From NCBI GenBank assembly GCA_002633005.1, contig NMRA01000133.1, forward strand, positions 738,627 through 802,626: a stretch of 64,000 bases of DNA. The letters run 5' to 3'. Shown here in pieces: positions 23,201 to 35,200 of this stretch. The DNA comes from Phoronis australis. Its lineage: Eukaryota; Animalia; Phoronida. The number at the start of each line of letters is the position of its first letter. Within the stretch, counting starts at the first letter, position 1. The translations under genes and the position numbers were made by a program. The notes beneath the pieces were generated by a model, which was given only the letters and a program-made list of their open reading frames with translations, did no database searches and was not told where the DNA came from.

Positions 23201-26200
23201 TCATACTTTAATGACGTTCGACGTGCAGTAAAATTACTGTGTGATTGAAAATGGGTAAAATACATAAACTAACATCCACTTACAATCGAATGAGAATGAA
23301 AATGTTTGTTTTAATCAATATTAAAGTGTATTTACTTTCATTCTCTTGAAGCTCCCTTCAAAAGCCATCATGGTTTTGTTTCATGTTTGAGTTCTTAATA
23401 AGGCTAATTACTGTTCCTTATAACATTTCATACCTCCATGGACTTCATAATTTTAGTGATTGCTCCTGGGGGTTCAGGGGGGAGTTTCCCCCAGGTGCCA
23501 GCAAAAAGGGTACAAGGGGGGAGTGCAAACCAGGTGGGTGCCAAATGAGCATGTGTTGACCCTCTCCTCTCTACATGGGAGGAGTACTAAACAGATAAAA
23601 ACAACTGGGGCATGCCACATGAGTGTTGAGCCCTCCCATCGTCACAAATTGTGGTTGTTCCCCTTACCATTGACAACATGTGCTGAGGTGGTGATAAGAT
23701 TTGGCCCTCGTACCAAATTTTAGGCCCAATTCAAGAATTATTAGGGAGGTGAATTTTGTATTGGCAGCTGTTTTTGACAATTTTATGTCAGATTTTGGTG
23801 ATACAAAATGCAGTGTCCAATATTTGAGAAACATGATGAATGACAACGTTACTTTAGTAACATTCTTCCAAATCAAGGAAATTCGATTTTGGCTTGAATT
23901 TCACTCTCACAAATTTTAGAGACTGTTGCAAATTAATTGTAAGTGAAAGTGAGCTAACTACCCTACAGGAGCAGTCCTGAAGCTGAAGACCTGCGTCGGC
24001 GAGTTGACCGCAAAAGGAGCGAGAGACGAAGCTCCAGCAGCTCACCCAAGGTATGTGGGTTGATTGTAAAACAAAGCATTGGGTAGGGCTGAACAGTAAA
24101 AAAAAATAATGGCTGGAGGTCTGGTACACGTTGTACCAAACCGCCAGCAATTATTTTTTGTACATGTTGTACCAGACATGCTCAGGTGGACCCATCAAAC
24201 TGATCACCTGGAACCATTTTTATGCTTTATTAATGTATAGTTAAAACTGAGCTGAAGAGCTATAGACCATACTTCACTTTGCAGTACTGCTCTTGTAATG
24301 AGCCATAGTTCACTTTGCAGTACTTTACTTGTAATAAGCCATACTTCACTTTGCAGTACTCCTCTTGTAATGAGCCATACTTCACTTTCAGAGAAAGCAT
24401 AGCAAGACGAAGAAGACAAAGGAAGGTAAACTCAAGTCGACGGTTGTTATCTCCAAACATAAGGATGTTGACTCAGATGGTCAGTGGCGAGGAACTGGTA
24501 TGTCTGTGTTTTTATTAACCCAATCCATGACGTCATGTGAAACCAAGACTATTGTATCTTATTAATCCAGCCTGTGACATCACTTGAAACTAAGACTGTT
24601 GTATCTTATTAAACCAACCCGTGACTTCACGTGAAACCAAAAATGTTGTATCTTATTAGCTCAGCCCGTGACATCACATGAAATCAAGACTGTTGTTATT
24701 AAACCAATCGGTGACATCACATGAAACCAAGACTGTTGTATTTTGTTAAACCAATCCGTGACGTCACATGAAACCAAGACTGTTGTATTTTGTTAAACCA
24801 ATCCGTGACGTCACATGAAACCAAGACTGTTGTATTTTATTAAACCAACCCGTGACTTCACGTGAAACCAAAAATGTTGTATCTTATTAGCCCATCCCGT
24901 GACATCACATGAAATCAAGACTGTTGTTATTAAACCAATCCGTGACGTCACATGAAACCAAGACTGTTGTATTTTATTAAACCAGCCCGTGACATCACAT
25001 GAAACCAAGACTGTTGTTATTAAACCAATCGGTGACATCACATGAAATCAAGACTGTTGTATTTTATTAAACCAACCCGTGACTTCACGTGAAACCAAAA
25101 ATGTTGTATCTTATTAGCCCATCCCGTGACATCACATGAAATCAAGACTGTTGTTATTAAACCAATCCGTGACGTCACATGAAATCAAGACTGTTGTATT
25201 TTGTTAAACCAATCCGTGACATCACATGAAATCAAGACTGTTGTATTTTATTAAACCAATCCGTGACATCATGCGAAAACAAGACTGGCATCTTATGTGC
25301 AGGACATTGAAAAAGAAGAAAATTTTAAGTTTTCAATATTTCACCAAATTTTAGAGACTAAAATTACTTTATTGAATGAACTGTATACGTTTGTGGCTGT
25401 TAATCAGCGTGCTTGTGTCACAGACTCTGAAATCAAAACTCGTAGTGTAGGAGCAGGAAGTGCTTTCCACACACCTTCCTAAAGAGTGCATTTTAACGTT
25501 ACATTGGTGGCAGAAGTGTGAACTTTCATCAGCCATACCTTCCGTGGTGCATTTTACCTCAGAAAGAAAGGTTTGACTTGCAGGTTGCCAATGTACTCTC
25601 CATGCTGGCAACCTGGTAAAACTCCCGAGTCACCAGAAAGTCGCCATGCCCAAATCCCAGCTCACGCTCAAAATACTACTGAAAATAAATGGACGTGAGT
25701 CGGATTCATTTATCAAAAGTTGAAAGGCACTTGGTAGGTAGGAGGTGATTATACCAAGAGTGAAATTGGTCGTTGTTTAATTATCCATTCAACTGAAAAA
25801 TGTTGCACTGTCGGTATGTGGGCAGGCATTCCCTTAGTTTGCCAGTTCTTTAGTTCAGCTATCTCATTTTTTTCCGGAGCACCCTGATTTTGACAATCTC
25901 ATTTTTCATTTGGCGACCTGCTCATTTTGTCAGATGGCATTGGGCGAGTTGACATTATGGTGAGCACTGAGCTCTGCTGTAGTGTACGTTTTGGTGTTCA
26001 GTTATGGCTGCATTTCTTGCTTCAATGTGTGTTAAATGTATTTTATTGGAGATCACCAGCTTAACTAGAATGTTTGTCCTTTCCTGTAACAGGAGATGAG
26101 ACTGAACTGGACTTTGATGAAGAACTTTTGAGGGAGAAGAAACGCCTGGAGCAAGAACTGAGCCAGCTGGCTGAAGAAGAGAGTCGGATGAAGCACACCA

Positions 26201-29200
26201 AGCAGGTAGGATGTCGAGTTGGGGAGCGTTCTGTAGACCCAAGTTTCTTGTGAGAAAAGCGAGAGCACACGACACGAGTCTTTTTTTTCATTTGCCTCTC
26301 TGTCTGCCAAACCACTCCAAAAATCATAAAAATTGGCAGATGTATTCCGGATGAGAGGTGATTTTTAATTTAGTTAAACACTACTTTTTTCTGGCAAGAA
26401 CAATATCAAAACAAAGCAAGACTTATTTTTGGAATACAAGCTTTTCCCTACAGAACTGTCATTCCACTTGTTAGCTCAGAATCTGCTTTTACAGTGTTGT
26501 TTAAAACTTGTTTAGATTCCATTTACATACTGCACGGTAGCGATGATCTTTATGTCCAGCTTCACAAAGTTCCACAGTGCTTAAGTGTCTCCGTTCATTT
26601 CAGTCATCCGATAGCACAGACTCAGAGGACTACCACCAACCTAAGCAGAAGAAAACTAAGAAAATTGTCAAAGGACCAAAAACGCCCAGCCCTGTGTATG
26701 GCTTAGTGATCTCTTTCTTCTAAGTTCCTGTTCCGTGATCTCATTTAAGGAGTTGCAAAACTCTAATTCTAACAGCTTTGTAATGTCTGTGGTTCTTCAA
26801 TATTTTTCTAATTTGAAAGTTTTTGAATGTTTTAATTGCATCACATCACTGTGTACTTTCAAATTATTGAAATTAGTTTGTTCATTTAATTTAACACTTA
26901 CTGGGTTGATAATGCTTCCTTGGTGTCTTAAAAAGGCATTTTTAGACAGCCACCATGTTATCAGTAGAAAGTATTGCTTTCTTTACCAAATTTTATTTTT
27001 GTACTTCAGTATTGATTGATTGATTAAGTATAGATTGGGTTAGGACTCGTTTAATTTAATGAAACTGATTACAGGCGACGGAAATCTGGTGATGTTAAGA
27101 AGGGGAAGAAATTAGCGGCGAGAAGTCCCAGTCCAAAGGGTCGCTCAAAGAAAAGGCAAGTATAGCTTGTATCTCGCGTTCTAGTGGCATTATTTTGTAG
27201 CCAACAGTTGTGTGTAGTATCTTGCAAGAAATCAATGTATTTCTAGAATGGAAGTATCATGTTTACGCACATTTTTCTCCCAATCATGTCAGTCATTCCC
27301 ATTTTGTTTGTGTGAGGTCTCTGCCCCACCCTGAACCTCCAACCTTTCGCTACTGTTATCTTACTTGAGTAATGTCTCCAAACTTACGAGAAACACCTTG
27401 CAGATTACTCATCATGATTGCTGTATTTGTTAATGCCAACAAAATCCATGTCTTTGTACTAAAGTTTGATACCTGAGTTGCCTTGGAAACCTGCAGTGTG
27501 GATGCTCTTAAATTCATGTCAAACTGACAGAAGTGCATTGAAAATCATTTTTCGCCTCATGCTTGTCAATATTATTTATGCCAGACATTGTCTTATTGTT
27601 TTTATATCTGTAACCTATCTAATTAACATGTGCTTCAATCTCATTTTGACAGAATGCCATACGGACTTATTGTATGGAACATAGGATTTTTTAAATGTAA
27701 GGGTGCTGGGTTTGACGTACATTTGTAAAAAACACTGGTATTACTGGGACTTATGCCTTTTCAGAGCACCATCCCCTGAAGACTCAGACAGTTCGTCCAG
27801 TAGCAGCAGCAGTAGCAGCAGCGAAAGTAGCAGCCCTTCCCCACCCCCCTCTCCTGTCAAGGAAAAACACAAAAAGAAGAAAGGGGAGGCAGTACAAGAA
27901 AAACCAGCGAAATCGCACAAATCGTATGTTCAGCCCGTGAGAGACATCAGTCCACGAGACAAAAAGAAAGCTGTTAAAACACCCAAGAGTCCACAAGGTG
28001 TCAAATCTATAAAGCATGTCACAAAGCGTGATGCCGAGTCAAGTTACTATGACATTGAAAAGTATGGTCGCTCGTCGTCGCGTGCTGGTGAAGAGCGTAG
28101 AAGTCGATCACCTGCTGAGTCGTCCAAGCGGAGTTACTCACCCCAGTCTGACTATAGATCAGCAAAGCAGGACCAAAAGAGGGTTTCATCTGTTGTGGAC
28201 ATTAAACATAAGCCCCTGAAGAGGGAGGTTCAAAAACGCTCGACTACTCCTCAGGAGTCGCACCGTCGTCGATCCCTTTCCCCACAGTCAGAGAAGGACT
28301 ACCGATCCCGCTCACCTGCCCCATTGAAGCACTCCTACAGACAGGAGGAATCTGAGCGCACAAACAGGAGACGTTCACCTGAGTACAAACGATCAGGGCA
28401 ATCATCCGAGCCCCAGGATAAATACCGCGACAGAAAAGAAAGATCGCCTGACTACAAAAAACAAGATGACTACCGCAAGGGTCCCACTACCCCTCCCAGG
28501 CCCTCATCACCGCTTATGTCGCGAGAGCGATTTAATTCCCCCAGCAGAGACTTCAGGAGGGAAGGCTATGAATCTCGTAAAAAGCCATATACTCCTGAGA
28601 AGGATTCGAGACATGAAGATCCTCGTGGACCGTATACTGAACGAGACTACCGTACACGATCACATGAAAGACCAGTGAGAGAGTCACCCCCACGGCGTGG
28701 GATATCTCCCACTCGTCTGCGACCCAGGAGTCCAAGTCCCAGAGATCGCTATGCTGACCCCCGAGATATGCGACCACCGATAGAGCACGGGCGAGAGCGA
28801 GACTTGAGGCGGCCAGAAGAATTTCTGGACTTGCCACCCCATGGCAGGTCAGTTCTGATTCTGTGCTTTTAATGAAAAATCCAAACAGATTTTTGGAAAG
28901 AAAAATCTATCACAAAAGTTCAATGCCAGTGCTATCGTGTTGCTTATTTACTATGAAATTCCCTAATTTTCAGTCTCTTCAAATGTTTGAATTGCCTTAT
29001 CATGTTTTATTTGTTTAAGGAAAACTTGACAGAGCTTTTATTAAGTAATATCCCATTTTTATGTACCCACATATATATGTGTGTGAGTGTGATTGCTGTC
29101 ATCTCTGGCTGGGCCTCTAGCATCCGCTGCTGTATCTCCTAAACCCCTTGCCGCATCTCACTGAGATATCGTAGATGTGGTCTTATGAAGCTGACAGCAG

Positions 29201-32200
29201 ATGACGGCGAATTTCGGGCCGATCCAACTACCGCTGTGCCCCTATGTGGCAATTTTACTTTTTATGTTTGCCTCTCTGTCTTTGGAGCTCCTTGATGGAT
29301 CCTCATGAAATTTGACCAATAGGTCTGTATGAAGGAAACAATAACTTCCCATGTATGGATGGATTCGATGTATTCTGCGGTGCTTAGTGGGCATTTTTAA
29401 AATTTGCAAGTCCGTTTTTTGGTGTCCACGTCCTCTATCCACCAATCCACTATAAAGGTCATTGGGAAAGGTGGCAGCTGTCTTTCTGATGAGAAGGGCG
29501 CTGCTGGCGCTGATTTACAGAAGGGTTTGACTACTTTAGCACCTCCTAGTGGCAATTTGTGGTTTTTGTGTGTACCCTTTCTAGGTATGTGTTGGATTTG
29601 TTCCTATGGAAGTTACTATGCACGGCGATGAGGACCAATCCGACTACTGCTGTGCCCCCTAGTGGCAATTTAAGTTTATTTACATTTGTATCTGTATCTT
29701 CGGAGTTCCTTGATGGATTTTCATGAAATATGGCGAATAAGTTTGTATTAAGGAGATGATGATGATGATGCTGTTCATTTTCGAATGGATTCCATATATT
29801 TGTGCACCACCTAGTCTATTTTAAGTGCTTTTGAATTGGTTTTTGGCGTCTGCCTCTTAATCTGTCAAACCGCTCAAAAACATTTAAAAAACTTAGAAAA
29901 TATTTTCCTGATGAAAAGACAATGGCTGACATTGATTTGTGGATGAGTCAAAGAACTGTGGTGCCCCTTAGTTGTGACTTTTTTGCGTACACGGCTGTAT
30001 CTTCTTTAATTGTTTGCAGGATCTTTGTGACATTGTACAAGTGTTAACCTATAAATGAGTCCATGGCTGCCATCAACTTCTGTCAGACCCTGAGTACCTT
30101 TGTGCCCCTTATTGGTAATTTTGTTTTTTCAAGTGTTATCTTATTTTTTCGTCGATCATAGTTTTTTTTTTTAAATTTGGCACTCAAGTTTCCATTACGA
30201 AGGAGACAGCACCATTCCTTTTTGGGATGGATTTGACATTCTGTGTTACTTATTGGCCATTTTCATTACTTTTGAGTCGTCTGCCTCTGTTTATGTCAGT
30301 CTGCTCGAAGGATCAAGTCCGACGCATTCTATGCCGTCTAATGACCATTTTTATGCGCCCACACATTTATATGTGGGTGCATATTGCCGTCATCTCTGTC
30401 TGGGCGTCTGGGTACTCAACTGTATCTCCTAAACCCCTCACAGGATCTTGATGAAATTTGGCGGATGGGTTCCTATGAAGCTGACGACAGATGACCTTTT
30501 GTCTAGACGCAACACATAACGGGACATGTTAGGAACGCACTGCACCAATGTTTTTTAGTGTCGGAGCATCGACACGCAGACCATACTTAACCTTAAATTA
30601 ATGATAGAAATAGCACAGGGAGGAGAAACTTATTCATTTTCATCTGGGAAACGATAAAGGGCTTTTTTGCTCTGAAAATTCGCTCACCATGGGGGGCGAC
30701 TGGCAGTTGAACTTCTACTCGCCCAGCACCATTTTTACTCGCGTTGGCGAATGGGTGAGTGGCTAAGTATATCTCTGCTACCGGTGTGCCCACTAGTGGC
30801 AATTTTATTATTTTATGTTTACTTCTGTATCTTTAAAGGTCCTCAAGAGATTTTTGTAAAATTTGGCTCATTGGCATCTATTAGTGGGATGATGCTATCC
30901 TCTCGTTTTCGGACGGATTTGAGGTATCTTGCGCCACCTAGTAGTCCTCCCCTCTATCAACCAAACCGCTCTAAGGATGATTGTGAAAATTGGCATGTAT
31001 GTTGTTACTATGAAGAGGAAGGCTGACGATGATTTTGTGATGACTTCGGCTACTGTGGCGTCTCTTAGTGGCAGTTTTTTTTTTGCGGCCATGGCTGTAT
31101 CTCCTAAACACTCGGCAGGATCTTTACTAAATTTAGCAAATGCATTTATATGAAGTTGACAACAGACGATGTGGTGTGCCCCCTAGTGGCAATTTTTATT
31201 TTTTCCGTTTACCTCTGTATCTTCAAGTGTCCTCTACGCATTTTCATAAAATTTGGAAGATAGTCATCTATTGGTGACATGACGCTTTCCTCTCGTTTTC
31301 GGAAGGATTCAAGGTATTTTTTGCCACTTAGTGGCCATTTTTGGTGTTTTCGAATCTGTTTTTTGTCATCCGCCCTCAATCAACCAAACCATTCTAAGGA
31401 TAATTATGAAAATTGGCATATCTGTTCCCAGTATGAAGATGATAAGTTGACGATGATGACTTTGACTACTGTGGCGCCTCCTAGTGGCAGTTATTAAATT
31501 AAATTTAGCAAGTGTATTCATATGAAGTTGAGAACAGACGAAGGACGACTTTCAGATGCATCAGACAAACGCTGTTCCCCCTAGTGTCAATGTCATTTTT
31601 TTTCGGTTTCCCTTTGCTTCTCTGAAGTTTCTTGACAGATTTTTATGAAAATTGGTAAATAGCATTCTATTACAGAATTGATGACATGTTCCCGTTTTTG
31701 GATGGATTTAACATATTTTGCATCATCAAGTAACCATTTTTATGATGACATCCCTTGAAGCACACCGTTTGAAGTGCATTCGCCGGTGCATTTCAATGCT
31801 CCGCCTTGCTCTTGTTATGGTGCTTGTAAACACGACTAGAGTTCTTCTGTTTGTGGTGCAGCAATGGTTGCATTTCAACACTGCATTATTCTTTTTGTTA
31901 CTTTTATTATGTAAAAGTCCCTGTTCTCAGGTATGATGCCCACGAGCTGCCACCTTTTGGACGTCACAGAAGCTCTCCACCAATACCTCCACCTGAATTT
32001 GTTGACCGCTACAGTCACTTTGATCGAGGCTTGCCACCACCCTCACGCCATGGTCTTCGAGGTAATAGTTGACACCATGACTTGATATATATTTTGGGCT
32101 CGGCTATTCATAGCCAACAGGGGTAATAAAACCACTTTCTCACTAGCCTGGGGCCCATTCCAAGAAACTGACTTAAGTTCAAGATTTATCTCAGTTTCCA

Positions 32201-35200
32201 AACTTTGAAAGGTCCACATCCGGTAAGTTAGTTGATTCAGAACTTAAGAAAAAAACATGTCAAACTTTCTGGAAACGGTCTTCAGACAAATTGAAGTTTT
32301 ATCTTTAACCCGTATCTTGCGCTTGGCGAGGTCAGCCGACATGCCAATTATCCTATTACAATGCGTTGGGTGTATACTCAATCGACTATGATAAACTGCA
32401 GCTGGGCTGCCCTAGGAGAGTGCACTCACCCCAGGACACTTGTGATTTTCATTCAGAAATTGTAAGAGCCCCGGAATGTTGTTTAGATATGTGAGCATGC
32501 GCATTCCATAGTTCACAGTTTCCTGTACATTTCTCTGAATTAAACCATATGGCTGTGATTACTAGTTTGGTAGATATTGACAGTTTTATTAAGTGTAGAC
32601 ACATGGTTTCATTATATGGCTGGAGCCAGACGTGAGAGGATGACAGTGGATAAGTTTACTTTCAGCAAGGCCAAGGTACCTAAACTACACGGTCAACGGA
32701 CTCATAAACACGACTCACGGACCTGCAAACACCGTCCACTGACTCACAAACATGGTAACGGACTCAAAAACACGATCCACGCACCCAAGTACACGGGACA
32801 CGGACTCACATTCAGGAGCAAACACGGTTAACGGACCGCCAAACACGGGTCACGGACAAAATGAAGATGTCAGCTGACCCAGGAAGCCGATGAGTCCGTG
32901 ACCCGTGTTTGGCGGTCCGTTAACCGTGTTTCCTCATGAATGTGAGTCCGTGTCCCGTGTATTTGGGTGCGTGGATCGTGTTTTGTGAGTCCGTTCCCGT
33001 GTTTGTGAGTCAGTGGACGGTGTTTGCAGGTCCGTGAGTCGTGTTCATGCGTCCGTGCCCGTGTTTATGAGTCCGTTGACCGTGTAGTTTAGGTACCTTG
33101 AAGGCTTTGATCAAGATTTACACAGGGTGAAAATCTCCATCAAATTCTGGACAACTTTTATATTGGCTTCTTTTCTGTGAAATTTACATTAGTCTTGGTG
33201 ACCTTCATAACAGCTCATTGTCCAGCAGTAGTGGTGACCTACTTAGCTCAGCACACAGGGAAAGTAGTCTGAATAGAGACTCAGCAGGATAAGGGTTAAA
33301 ATTGGCTTAAATTTAAGATTTGTCTAAGCTAAGTCAGTTAGCTTGGAGCGGGCCCCAAGACGGACCATAAAGCATTTGTTATTAAGCGGCATTTGCTTAA
33401 ACGATGGTCAAGTAATCACCAGACAGTGATTTTGGTAATCCCAACAAGAAACACCAGTCATATTCAAAAGGCCGATTGTTTGTGGCGATGGCCAATAGAT
33501 TTGTAACTATATCCACAAAATTAAGACATTTTGTTGAGCGCTTACTCCTCAAGACCCTAATTTGACTATATGAGTTAAAATTCTATCTACCAATCAAGTT
33601 TAAGCTGCATGCATTATCAAGAGAATGAAAGGTGTGCTTGTGCATGTTTTCACAGGAAATGTTTTTGAAAACTCAAAAACGCAATTGACATACACTAATT
33701 GACCAAGTTATCAAACAATTTCCTGCCATAACTTATAACTCAGGGCTCGACGCTATTCAAGTCGCCAGGTCGCATTTTGCGACCTAGCCAAAATCCCAGG
33801 TCGCATTTTCAAAATCCAGCTCGCATTCGTAAATGCCAGGTCGCAAAATTTTCCCGCCATTTTTACGCGCCAAAATAGATTTTTTAGATCATCTAGAAAA
33901 TGTTTAGATTATGCTCTTATCTGAAGCGTTAAATACTCACAAATTTCGGATCTCAAAATTGACTTCATTCATGCAGGTACGGCCTTACTGTTCTTCACGA
34001 CCGCCATTGAAAGACTCTAGAGCGCAAGGCAAGTTGCCGGCGTGAAAGTTGAATCAGTGCTCTCTAACTGACTTGTGCATTGGAGTAGCTAAATTTGCGA
34101 TGTGAAAAGGGAGAAAATGCCCGTTGAAAAAGTATCTGGGATTTTGTTAGATCTGGTCTGCTACTGGCCGTCATCAAAGTCGTTAACGATTCAAACTAAC
34201 TCGGGTAATCGCGAGTTTGCTCTTCAATACTCTCCAAGTACGGGAAAAATAGGCCAGTCGCAAAACGACACGCACGTCACTAGTGTTAACTTTCTTTCCG
34301 AGGTATAAAATAAAGCCGAGATTTGGTTTTTACATATTGTGAAAAGACGTTTTTGAAAACTGAAGTTGTGTAAAATGAAAGTGACACACACCATATAAGC
34401 TGCGTGTCAATTTTAAACCACACGCGGTCGTTTGTAGTGCGCAATGATGGGCGCTAGCTTGAACTGTGGGCGCTTAATTGGAAATTCTCAAAATTTAAGA
34501 GGGGACTTTTAATAGATCAGTGAGCGCTTATTATGGAACACTTTAAAGGTAGGGAGTAGGCTTGTGCGTGAGCATAGTCGTTAACCTCAGTGTTTGCGGT
34601 AATAAGATATTAAAACGCTGCAATGGTAAGAAAAGTTATAATAATACGATTTTGCGAGGCAAACTCCATCTGGTAGGGGTGACTTTCTGGATATCGTTAC
34701 CATCTACATTGTACCCTTTTTAGCCACCCGGAATGATTTTTTTAACTGCCNNNNNNNNNNNNNNNNNNNNNNNNNNNNNNNNNNNNNNNNNNNNNNNNNN
34801 NNNNNNNNNNNNNNNNNNNNNNNNNNNNNNNNNNNNNNNNNNNNNNNNNNNNNNNNNNNNNNNNNNNNNNNNNNNNNNNNNNNNNNNNNNNNNNNNNNNN
34901 NNNNNNNNNNNNNNNNNNNNNNNNNNNNNNNNNNNNNNNNNNNNNNNNNNNNNNNNNNNNNNNNNNNNNNNNNNNNNNNNNNNNNNNNNNNNNNNNNNNN
35001 NNNNNNNNNNNNNNNNNNNNNNNNNNNNNNNNNNNNNNNNNNNNNNNNNNNNNNNNNNNNNCCGAAAGTGTTAGCCAATGAAACGCGTCAAAGATCGATT
35101 CTGTATATCCCATGTTCACGCGACATGCTTACAAGTCATCGGGAGGGCAGTTCTCGGTTAGTGTTCTTTTGAACTTCTATTTGGCAACAACCAAATAACA

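Larger units (their letters stand above)
32150..33356. mobile_element. Harbinger/Tourist-like MITE hosting nested insertions
   Basis: GGGGCCCATTCCAAGAAACTGACTTA ... TAAGTCAGTTAGCTTGGAGCGGGCCCC inverted termini. Confidence 0.7.

Noticed and set aside
24520-25290. Regular ~45-bp repeats resembling a CRISPR array
   Set aside because: No unique spacers, no cas genes and a eukaryotic intron context. It is a head-to-tail minisatellite.
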